IMG/VR virus record: IMGVR_UViG_3300040796_000034
Span: 1-64,000 of that record
Direction: 5' to 3' (one strand)
DNA: 64,000 bases
From: a virus
Shown here piece by piece: positions 1-9,591 of this stretch (the first letter of the stretch is position 1; each line of letters opens with the position of its first letter). The position numbers and the translations under genes were made by a program. The notes beneath the pieces were generated by a model, which made no database searches, had not been told where the DNA came from, and saw only the letters and a list, made by a program, of their open reading frames with translations.

Positions 1-129
1 CGGGATATTTTTAATTGGTGGATAATTGAGGTAGTTCCGTCGGCTTATTGTTTGAAACTTCCGCCTAGTTTTTACTCCCGCGATTTACAGTTTTTGCCTT
101 TGATTAACTATTCTGAAAAAGAGGGTTAA

Positions 130-861
130 ATGATTAAAGACGGAGAATATTTAAAATCGATAGAGCAGCAGTATTGTAAAAGAGTTGAAAAACCACATCT
201 TTTACTAAGATTAGATGGTAAATGTTTTAGCTCTTTCACTAAACCACTAGATAAGCCTTACGACAAAAATTTAATGGAAGTCTTTAAGGACTTACTTTTA
301 TATCTAAGTAAAAAATATAGTTCTAAGTGGAGTTATTCTCAATCTGATGAAATCAGTTTGTATTGGGATATTTCTAATTCTACAAGAGAACATATTTTTG
401 GAGGTAAGACATATAAAATTAACAGTATCATAGCATCGGATTGTACACTGTATTTTAATGAAACAATAAAGAGTGTATTTCCTTCACTAATTAATAGAGA
501 TAACCTTCCATTGTTTGACTGTAGATGTTGGGGTTATGATACAGAAAAAGATGTTTTACGTTACTTCAAGTGGAGACAAAAAGACTGTTTTAAGAACGCT
601 GTCACATTAATAGCTTCTAAACACTTCAGTCATAAGGAGTTGTTAGGTAAGAAGACTAGAGAAAGAATTACTATGATACCTGAGAGCTTAGAAGATTATA
701 GTACAGATTTCTTGTACGGTTTATATCTTCATAAAACTCAAGAGCTAAGAAGTTTAACTTATCACGAGATTGAGCAGTTACCAGAAAAGCATCATGCAAG
801 ACAAAACCCTAATTTAGTTAGAGAGTATGCAAGTTTCGATTTTGTTGAAAGGAGGTTTTAA
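130..861 (+). CDS. Thg1-like tRNA(His) guanylyltransferase / 3'-5' polymerase (TLP)
   Basis: Thg1 motifs RLDGKCFSSFT, YSQSDEISL, FDCR, YFKWRQKDC..N. Confidence 0.9.
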   Translation: MIKDGEYLKSIEQQYCKRVEKPHLLLRLDGKCFSSFTKPLDKPYDKNLMEVFKDLLLYLSKKYSSKWSYSQSDEISLYWDISNSTREHIFGGKTYKINSIIASDCTLYFNETIKSVFPSLINRDNLPLFDCRCWGYDTEKDVLRYFKWRQKDCFKNAVTLIASKHFSHKELLGKKTRERITMIPESLEDYSTDFLYGLYLHKTQELRSLTYHEIEQLPEKHHARQNPNLVREYASFDFVERRF

Positions 862-1548
862 ATGTCGAGTAGTAGCATAAGTGTAGAGGATAAGACTATT
901 GAATTTTATGAATATCTTCAAAAATTGCAAGAAAAGTTTGGCGTTAACTTATTAACTCTTGGTATATACCCTAAAACGTATAATGAAAAGGATAAAAAAC
1001 TAGACAATCCTGATTTAAACTTTCAAATTTGGTTTGACATTATTGTAATGGAGGATGAAAAAAATGCTCCTAAATGGTTGTTTGAAAAAATTGCTTATGA
1101 TGACTGGGGTCTTGAAAAATCTAGTAGTGACAGTAATAGTTTTGAAATTGCTTACATAAAACTAGGTGTCATAATAGATAGGTCTAAATTATCTGAAGAG
1201 TTTAGTTTCGGGGCTATAGAAAACCCTAGTTCAACAGGCTATTCTTTAAACTTAACAAATGAAAACTCATGTACAACGATATTACTTTTTATTCGTATAG
1301 ATGATGAAGATTTTAATAACCTTGTTTATAAAATTAAATATGACTGTACAGTTCAACAGAGTACGAATGTTTTAATAGATGAGAAAAAGTTTGTTTGTAA
1401 AAGTATAGGAGAGGTTATAGATTTTCTTAACAAGCTCTATTGGTTAAAAACAGACCCTTTACAAGTTTGTTCTGATATTTCACTAATGATACCTAACGAC
1501 CCTATTATAGAACTACTTAGAAAAAGTAAAAAGGTTTTAAATGTTTAA
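862..1548 (+). CDS. hypothetical protein
   Basis: 228-aa ORF abutting neighbours; AGGAGG upstream. Confidence 0.6.
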   Translation: MSSSSISVEDKTIEFYEYLQKLQEKFGVNLLTLGIYPKTYNEKDKKLDNPDLNFQIWFDIIVMEDEKNAPKWLFEKIAYDDWGLEKSSSDSNSFEIAYIKLGVIIDRSKLSEEFSFGAIENPSSTGYSLNLTNENSCTTILLFIRIDDEDFNNLVYKIKYDCTVQQSTNVLIDEKKFVCKSIGEVIDFLNKLYWLKTDPLQVCSDISLMIPNDPIIELLRKSKKVLNV

Positions 1549-2203
1549 TAAAAAGTTAATTCAATGGCAGCAAGACGTAGCAACGAAGGTTATTAAACCA
1601 CTACATCAAATGATAGACCACACTGCTATTTTAGCGGGAGGAGCGCCCCGAGATTGGTATTATCATAAACCTGCAAGAGACTTGGATTACTTTATCTCGA
1701 AAGATGCTTTTAGAGTTAATTGGGGCAACAGAGGAGATAATATCCGAGACCTCCTTTGCAAAGTTTATAATACTAAAAATATTAGCAAGCTATATGACTT
1801 TGGAAACTATGCGCCAAGAGATGTATTTGAACAAGACAAAACTAATAGTGTATTAGCTATTTATGAATCGACTTACAAAGGATTGAAAATACAATTCATT
1901 GTATGTGATTCTACTTTTACACAGATAAATAAGTTTTCAATGTCATTATCAAAGTTCTGGTGGCATCCAGATAAGCCTATAGTAATTCCGGCTTCTAAAT
2001 CTCTTAGTGGCGAACATGAAGTATCCTGTATTCACAGTGAACTTACTTGTAAAGAGTGGGATGCTTATGAAAGGAATCAAGTTTTGGTATATGACCAAAC
2101 AGTGTTAGGCAGAAAATATTTGAAAAAAATTCAAGAAAAGTATCCTTATTTTAAATATATTACAGAAGAGGAGAGTGAAAAGCTAAAACAGTTAAGATGG
2201 TAA
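1541..2203 (+). CDS. nucleotidyltransferase, CCA-adding/poly(A) polymerase head-like
   Basis: LAGGAPRD..x..RDLDYF (GGxxRD + DxD) signature; head domain only. Confidence 0.75.
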   Translation: MFNKKLIQWQQDVATKVIKPLHQMIDHTAILAGGAPRDWYYHKPARDLDYFISKDAFRVNWGNRGDNIRDLLCKVYNTKNISKLYDFGNYAPRDVFEQDKTNSVLAIYESTYKGLKIQFIVCDSTFTQINKFSMSLSKFWWHPDKPIVIPASKSLSGEHEVSCIHSELTCKEWDAYERNQVLVYDQTVLGRKYLKKIQEKYPYFKYITEEESEKLKQLRW

Positions 2204-2238
2204 TGTTTTTTCAAAAGTAAATCTAGTGGAGTTTAACC

Positions 2239-2493
2239 ATGTTTGCAGTAGATAATTCACAAGACTTAGACCTAGCAAAACAATTTCTTAAGCATTTAGA
2301 GCAGTTTGACATGGGTCGTCCTAGTTACTGTCTCGTCGGTGACAAAGTTTACAAGATTATTTCTGATGAACCCGAGAAGCTCACTGCTCAAGCTAAAGGG
2401 TCTCTGAGGACCATAGTCGTACCTAAAAACAGTAAGACGTGGGTTTACTTACCAGTAAGCCTTAACGACTACTGTAGGTCATTATTTAGCTAA
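2239..2493 (+). CDS. hypothetical protein
   Basis: 84-aa ORF, GGAG upstream. Confidence 0.55.
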   Translation: MFAVDNSQDLDLAKQFLKHLEQFDMGRPSYCLVGDKVYKIISDEPEKLTAQAKGSLRTIVVPKNSKTWVYLPVSLNDYCRSLFS

Positions 2494-2504
2494 GGTTCTA
2501 AAAT

Positions 2505-2532
2505 AGGAGTAGGTTTCTATATCTACTCCTTT
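2505..2532 (+). terminator. stem-loop, possible intrinsic terminator
   Basis: AGGAGTAGGT-ttctat-ATCTACTCCT followed by a short T run. Confidence 0.4.
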
Positions 2533-2569
2533 CACAGACTAAAGTTCACCAACTACTAATTTAGAAAAC

Positions 2570-2929
2570 ATGAAAGAACCAAACAAACACACGGTTATAC
2601 TAACAAACGCTTTAGAGTTATCTATTGACTCTACGTCTTTTTTAATTAAGCTAAACTTACACAAACAACGTATTCGTGTTGTTAATAGTACGACTGGAGA
2701 TGAAGCTACTTTTAGTAGTAAGCAAGCTTATAGCTCGGACATAGACATCATACGTTTAGAAAATACTTCTACTCATTCAGATAAAGTTTGGACTATTCAA
2801 AAATGGAACCTTTCTTTTTTAGTGAGTAGTAAACCCCGAGGCACTAATTTCCGAATCTATTTAGGAGATATAAATGCTTCTGATAGTAACTTAATTGTAG
2901 GTTTTTGTTTACCAAATCCTAGTTGGTAA
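2570..2929 (+). CDS. hypothetical protein
   Basis: 119-aa ORF. Confidence 0.55.
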   Translation: MKEPNKHTVILTNALELSIDSTSFLIKLNLHKQRIRVVNSTTGDEATFSSKQAYSSDIDIIRLENTSTHSDKVWTIQKWNLSFLVSSKPRGTNFRIYLGDINASDSNLIVGFCLPNPSW

Positions 2930-2933
2930 GTAG

Positions 2934-3941
2934 TTATAGAGAAGGTGGAGCGTTATTAACCTCACCTTCTTCTACGACATTATCAAACAAGTTGAGAATA
3001 AACTCAGTGTTCACTAAATAACTTTCAATAAAGAATAGTGAAATTATTGTCCAAAGAACTATAACTAATCTCTTGTTATTTCTTATAGTGTTAAGAAAAT
3101 TCATTAAAGAAGCTTTTGTGTATAAATCTTTCTCAATAAGTTTAACATCTGTCTTAATCTCAGCTAAACTACCTAAAAGCCTTTGTTGATTTGATTCTAC
3201 TACATCTAAGTGGGATATTTCTTTTTTTATTTCAGTAATTTCTTCAACGTTTCCTTTAATTTTTTCAAGTAAATCTGTTATTTGATATTTTAACGTCGGT
3301 ACAATGTAGAGAATTTCTTGTGTATTAATTATTTCACAATAACTAGCTGGAACTATCATTAGCAATACAGAGTTTTGAGTAAGAGATTTTATTGGTATGA
3401 AAGATACAAGAAAGTTTTCTGAAATGAATATACCTTTGTAATTAGTTTTTAACAACATATTAACGTGGTACATCGGCTCATTACTGTTTAATACATATAG
3501 ACAATCTTTTAACAAATTTTTTGTTTCTTTAAACCACAGACTTTTTCTTAGAGGAATATCTACTAAAGTTTTACCATTGTTAAGCTCTGTTACATACTCA
3601 TTATGGTAAACTATTTTAAATTCATATAACTCTTTTCTAAGTAATACAAATCCTAATTGTAAAGCATTTTTGAGATATGTACTTAAATAATTATCGACAC
3701 ATTCTAGTACACACTCAATATTAAAAAGTTCTACTGGAATAGTTACAGCATCAGAGTTAAACACTAAAAGAATAAACGCATTATTGTTAATTACAACTTT
3801 TTTATTTACAAGAGGAGTCTTTTCATCTATTAGAATAGTTACAGGTAATGTAATTATTTCACCTTTTTCTGTTTCAAAAGTAGAGGTATTTGCAATTGTT
3901 TCTTTATATCTTAATTTAGTTATCTTGTTTGGGCTAATCAT
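2934..3941 (-). CDS. membrane protein: PAS-like domain, coiled coil, C-terminal TM helix (possibly lysis-related)
   Basis: FKIVYHNEYVTEL..GKTLVDI..FLVSFIPI..VLLMIV resembles a PAS fold; heptads IKGNVEEITEIKKEI; TM LVIVLWTIISLFFI. Confidence 0.45.
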   Translation of the reverse strand: MISPNKITKLRYKETIANTSTFETEKGEIITLPVTILIDEKTPLVNKKVVINNNAFILLVFNSDAVTIPVELFNIECVLECVDNYLSTYLKNALQLGFVLLRKELYEFKIVYHNEYVTELNNGKTLVDIPLRKSLWFKETKNLLKDCLYVLNSNEPMYHVNMLLKTNYKGIFISENFLVSFIPIKSLTQNSVLLMIVPASYCEIINTQEILYIVPTLKYQITDLLEKIKGNVEEITEIKKEISHLDVVESNQQRLLGSLAEIKTDVKLIEKDLYTKASLMNFLNTIRNNKRLVIVLWTIISLFFIESYLVNTEFILNLFDNVVEEGEVNNAPPSL

Positions 3942-3943
3942 TT

Positions 3944-4696
3944 TTAATTAGATAAGTAGTCTTGGTAGTTAATGAGTGTTTGCCACGCTTTTTTGTAATG
4001 TATTTTACTAGAATCTTTAGAAATTAATCCGGGTAATAAAGTTGAAGGTTTGTAAGGAGCTTTGTTGTTTTCACTATCTTCGAGATACCAATAACAAAAT
4101 GTTTCACAATTTGTTTTAACTCCAACTTCTAAGAGTTTTTGAAGTAAGTTAGCTTGTTTAACTTCATCAGGTTCCCAGATAGATACTTCACAAAGATGTG
4201 TCTTTATGTTATTTGAGGTAAAAAAATTAATTAAACTTTCTAATAACGGTAATACTATAAAGCTCGGGTTGTATTTATAGTGAAATTGAATACCTACAGA
4301 ATTAATATCATGTTTTTTTAAAAACTCTAACATACCTTTTTTCTTTTGATACCACATTCGACCTATTTGATTTTCGCAAATCATTAATGATTCATAATTT
4401 TTTTTTGTTTTTAAAGTAGTCATTACATTGTCAAGTATCTTTTGATTTAGTGGATATTTAACTAACCCATCACTATTAAACACCTCATTAAAGACTAAAA
4501 GATATTTATAAGGTATATTTTCTCTAAACCTTTTTAAAATAAACCTTTCTTTGTCTTTATCAGATAAATTTCCTACCTGTTTTTCTTGGTAGGAAAGTGT
4601 AAATAAAGTTTTGTAGTAGTCGTGAAAAGTATCAAAGCCAAAGTTCTTAACAAAACTTGTTTCAGTATCGTTGTTAGTATGTATTAATATTTTCAT
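3944..4696 (-). CDS. glycoside hydrolase family 10-like protein
   Basis: GH10-like motifs in the correct order: VFNEV, INSVGIQFH, HLCEV, YWYLED. Confidence 0.6.
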   Translation of the reverse strand: MKILIHTNNDTETSFVKNFGFDTFHDYYKTLFTLSYQEKQVGNLSDKDKERFILKRFRENIPYKYLLVFNEVFNSDGLVKYPLNQKILDNVMTTLKTKKNYESLMICENQIGRMWYQKKKGMLEFLKKHDINSVGIQFHYKYNPSFIVLPLLESLINFFTSNNIKTHLCEVSIWEPDEVKQANLLQKLLEVGVKTNCETFCYWYLEDSENNKAPYKPSTLLPGLISKDSSKIHYKKAWQTLINYQDYLSN

Positions 4697-4702
4697 TGTT
4701 TG

Positions 4703-5071
4703 TTAAGAGATGTTACTGTCAATATAACCATCAACAACTAACCAATCAGTTCCATCAATATAAAAATAGGCTTTTTCATCGTGTGTACTTACTACTGTAG
4801 AACCTTGAGGGTATGTTTGAGTAATACTACTAAAAGGCTCTGATATGACAGTAAGACTTGCACCCCCCGCTCTCGCTCCAAACTTAACCCACCTACCACT
4901 GCCAGACAACGTGCTTAAAACTTCTTCTGAGTCAACTGTATCTGTTGCTGTTTTAATTAACAAGTAAAAAGCTTTATTCTCTACACAGAGAAAAATAGTG
5001 TAGTTTTGTAAAACAGTATCATCAAGAGTCGATATGCTAGTTTTTGTTTCTATGGATATGCCGTGTGTCAT
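4703..5071 (-). CDS. putative virion protein
   Basis: Within the - strand structural block, coupled by a TAATG overlap. Confidence 0.45.
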   Translation of the reverse strand: MTHGISIETKTSISTLDDTVLQNYTIFLCVENKAFYLLIKTATDTVDSEEVLSTLSGSGRWVKFGARAGGASLTVISEPFSSITQTYPQGSTVVSTHDEKAYFYIDGTDWLVVDGYIDSNIS

Positions 5072-5469
5072 TATGTAATATTTTTCTCAATAAAGCTGAT
5101 TGAACAGTTAATTTTACCGGGTAAATCTGGTATAGATAAAGACTCCCAGTCTAGTTGAGTCATATTAGCCCAATCAGTTTGACTATATGACCCCCATTGA
5201 GATGTATCTAAAGACCTAAAAGCTATAAGTCTATCGTTCTCTTTTACTATGAATTTATGACCAATTCTATAAGGTACAGATTTACTAAGATTGAGTTTAT
5301 CTATTATTAAGTAATCTGTTTCAAGTAAAGAAAACTCTGCTACAGTTTCCGTTGTGGTAAAAAGGTCACTAAAGACAATCTTTTCTTTACCAGGCTCCCC
5401 TTGAACTAGGATTGTACTGAAACTACCGGAAGTTAATGTATTTTTAGTATTTCTGTTAAAACTTGTCAT
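5071..5469 (-). CDS. hypothetical virion-associated protein
   Basis: Likely start MTSFNR at 5469 (ATGA overlap with the upstream stop) rather than 5523. Confidence 0.5.
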   Translation of the reverse strand: MTSFNRNTKNTLTSGSFSTILVQGEPGKEKIVFSDLFTTTETVAEFSLLETDYLIIDKLNLSKSVPYRIGHKFIVKENDRLIAFRSLDTSQWGSYSQTDWANMTQLDWESLSIPDLPGKINCSISFIEKNIT

Positions 5470-8468
5470 GTAAAAGTTTCTATAGGGTAAAAATGAGTAA
5501 TCCAAGTAAAATCTCTTCTCCAACCAGGCTCTATTAAAAGATTAGAAGGTTTCTTTAGTATTACTTGTCTGTCTCTCTCTAAGTTATCTATATCTGTAAA
5601 TAAAATAGGAGGTAAAGTATCTAAATGAAGTGCTGTAATTTCTGTATGACCCTTTGAGGAGGTATTTCCTAAATTAGGTTGACTTATGTAAAAATAATCT
5701 TCTAAAGAGTAAGGTGTATAGTTAGGTTTACTTGTCGTCACGTTAATTATAACAGATTTGTTAGCTAGGTAATTAACTAAATGCTTACTAAAAAGATTGT
5801 TGTAAAAATAATCTAAGTCCTTCTCAAACTCATAAGCTCTAAAAGATTCTGGTGTACAGTTGTATGTTATATCAGTTAAGTTTTCTAAGCTTTTTAAACC
5901 TGTAATTCTGTATAATTTTTTTAATTTCTTATCATAGTTTATAAGATATCGGTAATACAAATTTCTATTATAACTAGAGTTAAGTAAACATAGAAAATTA
6001 GCAAGGTTCGGTGTATCGAAACCTAAATGTGTAGTATATCCTAAAAGTTCATAATCTACAGGGTTATTTTGATAGTAGTAAGTTTTTGAACTACTGTCGG
6101 TAATTTTAAACTTGATACTGTAGTTTATTATAAAATTAATAATACTGTCAAAGTCTTCATTCTCTTCACTAAAATCAATCATATTAAGTGAGTCTAAAAT
6201 ATTAAAATTATCTAAATTCCAACTATCGTTAAAAGTTGTTTGTGACAAATCAGTGATTAAGTAACCCTCTTGTAAATTTACAGACTTTGCATTAACACCT
6301 GTATTAAAAGCACTCCCTGTTCTGCTACCACCATAAGGGTTGACATACTTAACTAATTTAGTTACATCTCTATTAATTTTAAAAAAATCAGATAAATAAT
6401 TTTTATCATATTGACTAAGAATTTGTTCGACGGTTTCTAACTCAGAATCTAAATTATAAATCTTTGATGACTTTATTTTAAAGTTTTTTAAATTAACTTT
6501 AATCAACTTAATTTTTTGAAACTGAAAATAATAACTTCCATCTGCTGAAAGGTTTTTTAAATCTAATAAAACACAAATTAGTAAAGACTTTTTACCTCTT
6601 AATATGTGAACAGTGTTCTGTAAATCTTTTATTAAATCTAAAGAATAAAGAGGTAGTTGGTCTATAAAAGTCCTTGCTTTTCTGTGTATGTTTATTTTAC
6701 TTAAATATTTAAACAAAAAAGAATCTTCATCAAATTCGTTAGTAGGTACTTCTCTTCCATAAAAACCTTGAGGTTTATAGGTTTTATGTAAATCCCAAAA
6801 AATTGTAAAAGGTAATCCAGGAGAGCCATCTTCGCAAGACTCTCGTTGTAAAGAATCTATTACTAAATCCCATATAGGTTTATAGTCACCATACGTTCTC
6901 TTTAAGGTTTCTTGACTAGCTGTTAAATCTCCTGTAGATTGATTAACAGATAAAGCTTTGTAATGTAATTCTTTCTTAAAAGGGCTATTATTAAATTCAA
7001 AACTTTGTAAAGATAGATAATCTTCTAAAGGTAGTTTTGTTAATAGTAGAGATTTCTTCTTTTTATTAGAGCAAAGATGTACTTCTACATGATAATTAGA
7101 CAAAGCTACTACATACTCATTTATTTTTGTAGGGTCTGAAAGCCTCCCTCTTTCTGATTTTTCGTTAGTAAAACAAACTCTCCCTCCTCCCGGTGGCTTA
7201 AAACAAATTGTTGGTTTACCTCCTGTAGGCCATTTAAGCTCAGGGTTATTGTACCAACGCTCTCCATAATGTGCCGCATTTTCCCACCATATTCTACACT
7301 CACCTATTATACCAGACCCTCCTGTACCTGTTCCAATATATCCACCGCTACTTGCATAAGACCCTGTTCGAGAAATATACGGCTCGACCATCCCTAAATA
7401 TATCTTTTCTGCATCTGTTAAGGTCGGGCTAGTACCTCCAGCTTTACATTTATAAACAAATCGTTCTGCGGGACGAGGCCCAAACCCTCTATCTGGTAGA
7501 TTAGAAGACTTTGAATGCGATGATATCCCTGCACTTATACTACTTGCATCACCTCCTTCACGATTTGTACCATCTGCAATTCTCACTCCGTTAAACGAAA
7601 AAGCTCTATATACACGGGTTATACTCTGGCCAAAATTATTTATATTCTGTGTTTTAGCAACAAGATAACCCCCATTATGTGTAAAAGGTTCACTTGAGCT
7701 TTCTTGAGGAGTACCTACGTCCCAGTGAATTTGTATTACAGTCCCATCAGGAAAATAAGGAGTTATTAAAGTACCTTTATTTAAGTCATACTTTTCTAAA
7801 TCCCACCAAGGCCCTTCTATAGATTTATACATTTCAAACCCCGTCCCAGAAGATTGAGCATCGGAAGAATTTTCATACACTGGCATATCTAATATTGCAT
7901 GAACGGATTCACCGTTTAACAAAGCTGATACAATAGCATCCCTGTCGGTATAGTCGATTTCAAAATCGAAACATTCCTGACTACTGTTAAAACAATGAGG
8001 TAAATCGATTTCAGAAACAAGTCCTATATTTTCAAAAGCATATTTATTTGTAACGTAATTTAGTTCACCATCTACATTAGCAAAACCTTGAGAAATACAC
8101 CTAATGTATTGTTTATTTGATTCACTTTCTATTTTCCCTTCTTTAACAGTACTAAGTAAATAATACATCTCTAACCCTGTAGATGTAGTATCTTCTACAG
8201 TTCTATTTTTTCTTCGGTTAATTATTGTAGGAGAGGGTGTCTCACCTCTACCTAATTCTGATAAACAATAATTTCCATTGGTACTATAAACTAAAAGAGC
8301 GTCACCAAGTTTGTTTACATTCAGATTTTTTACAGTAAGAGTCTCTTGTGTATCCGGTAGTAATACAGTTACTTGAGTATTATTAAATTGTATTACTTTA
8401 CAAGGTTTTAAATACTCTGTACTCTTAATTAACTTTTCAAATTTGTTTATAAGTTCTAAATTATCCAT
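5466..8468 (-). CDS. large putative tail/structural protein
   Basis: 1000 aa, Gly/Ser-rich central region, located in the late block. Confidence 0.5.
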   Translation of the reverse strand: MDNLELINKFEKLIKSTEYLKPCKVIQFNNTQVTVLLPDTQETLTVKNLNVNKLGDALLVYSTNGNYCLSELGRGETPSPTIINRRKNRTVEDTTSTGLEMYYLLSTVKEGKIESESNKQYIRCISQGFANVDGELNYVTNKYAFENIGLVSEIDLPHCFNSSQECFDFEIDYTDRDAIVSALLNGESVHAILDMPVYENSSDAQSSGTGFEMYKSIEGPWWDLEKYDLNKGTLITPYFPDGTVIQIHWDVGTPQESSSEPFTHNGGYLVAKTQNINNFGQSITRVYRAFSFNGVRIADGTNREGGDASSISAGISSHSKSSNLPDRGFGPRPAERFVYKCKAGGTSPTLTDAEKIYLGMVEPYISRTGSYASSGGYIGTGTGGSGIIGECRIWWENAAHYGERWYNNPELKWPTGGKPTICFKPPGGGRVCFTNEKSERGRLSDPTKINEYVVALSNYHVEVHLCSNKKKKSLLLTKLPLEDYLSLQSFEFNNSPFKKELHYKALSVNQSTGDLTASQETLKRTYGDYKPIWDLVIDSLQRESCEDGSPGLPFTIFWDLHKTYKPQGFYGREVPTNEFDEDSFLFKYLSKINIHRKARTFIDQLPLYSLDLIKDLQNTVHILRGKKSLLICVLLDLKNLSADGSYYFQFQKIKLIKVNLKNFKIKSSKIYNLDSELETVEQILSQYDKNYLSDFFKINRDVTKLVKYVNPYGGSRTGSAFNTGVNAKSVNLQEGYLITDLSQTTFNDSWNLDNFNILDSLNMIDFSEENEDFDSIINFIINYSIKFKITDSSSKTYYYQNNPVDYELLGYTTHLGFDTPNLANFLCLLNSSYNRNLYYRYLINYDKKLKKLYRITGLKSLENLTDITYNCTPESFRAYEFEKDLDYFYNNLFSKHLVNYLANKSVIINVTTSKPNYTPYSLEDYFYISQPNLGNTSSKGHTEITALHLDTLPPILFTDIDNLERDRQVILKKPSNLLIEPGWRRDFTWITHFYPIETFT

Positions 8469-9012
8469 TATTTTGCTTTAGTAAATGTACCCAAAAAGTG
8501 CCGTTAATAATACAAGTGTCTTTAATTAGCTTGTATGAGTAAAGTAATTCTTTTCCTAGTGTATCCTCTGTGTAAGGATTATTCCTTTTGTAACCACTTG
8601 AGAACCATTCACCGTAAGGGTCGTTAACAAAGAAACCTTTTTCATTATAGCCTATTAAAGTTATTAAATGACCTGCGTTAGTAAAATAACCATGAGTTAT
8701 AACAGGGTTTCCTTTAGCTATATGTTTTTTTACAGATTCTATTGTACCGTAATTGTTGTATTTATCTGTTACTCCGTAATTTTCAATACATTTAACCATG
8801 TCGTTTGGGGAGCCTATCATAAGACCATTGTCTAGGAAATACTGATATATCTCATCTTCAAACTGAGTATGATTACCCCATCTACGTTGTACATCATAGT
8901 ATTTTAAAACCATTGCAATACAAGTGGTACTACAACTACCATCAGGGTTATATTGATTATTTCTTTGAGAGAAATACGGTATATCGAGTATTATTGATTT
9001 TGGGTTCTTCAT
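8461..9012 (-). CDS. C39-like peptidase, probable endolysin
   Basis: PYFSQRNN..GSC..TCIAMVL, GHLITLIGY, VNDPYG (Cys-His-Asp triad). Confidence 0.8.
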   Translation of the reverse strand: MKNPKSIILDIPYFSQRNNQYNPDGSCSTTCIAMVLKYYDVQRRWGNHTQFEDEIYQYFLDNGLMIGSPNDMVKCIENYGVTDKYNNYGTIESVKKHIAKGNPVITHGYFTNAGHLITLIGYNEKGFFVNDPYGEWFSSGYKRNNPYTEDTLGKELLYSYKLIKDTCIINGTFWVHLLKQNNG

Positions 9013-9128
9013 ATTATATTATTTGATTATTATTAAACCAGCCGTCTAGTACAAGGTTTTCATAAGACTTAAGTTGTTTGAACTTTTTTATTTAGTTTCT
9101 CTCTTTTAGGGTTTGGCTAAGGGGGGGC

Positions 9129-9566
9129 TTATGACAGCGGTTCTTCTAGCGACTCTTCCACTAAAATATCTTCCGATGAGAGAGCAAACCACCCATTATC
9201 TTCCAAATATTGCTCATTAACCAACTGTTGAAACCAAATTGCAGGCAACATTTCTTGTAGATTAACTTTTGTATTTCTATGAGCATTTATTTTATTTTGA
9301 ACATCAGTAACCTCTTGAGAAGTGATGTATCCGGCATTAACAAAAAACTGCAAAAAATCATCAAAAATATGCTCATCTGCATTTTGATGAATTGGCAAAA
9401 ATTTCGATTCAATCGGTAATCTTATTTCTCCTGTTTTCGGATGAACAATCGGAGAAGCATAATACTTTGTTAGTTTTTGAGAATTAGGATTGGTTAATTC
9501 CCAAAAAAGTTCTTTCAAAATATTTGCTCTTTCTAAATTTAAAACAGGGATGTATAAAATCGTCAT
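9129..9566 (-). CDS. hypothetical protein, possible fibre-associated chaperone
   Basis: Follows the LRR fibre gene; GGAG RBS. Confidence 0.45.
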   Translation of the reverse strand: MTILYIPVLNLERANILKELFWELTNPNSQKLTKYYASPIVHPKTGEIRLPIESKFLPIHQNADEHIFDDFLQFFVNAGYITSQEVTDVQNKINAHRNTKVNLQEMLPAIWFQQLVNEQYLEDNGWFALSSEDILVEESLEEPLS

Positions 9567-9591
9567 TTTTCATCTCCTTTATTAAAGTTGC

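Noticed and set aside
4890-4912. SGSGRW as a PatS-like motif
   Set aside because: Lacks the first Arg and is internal to a structural-type protein
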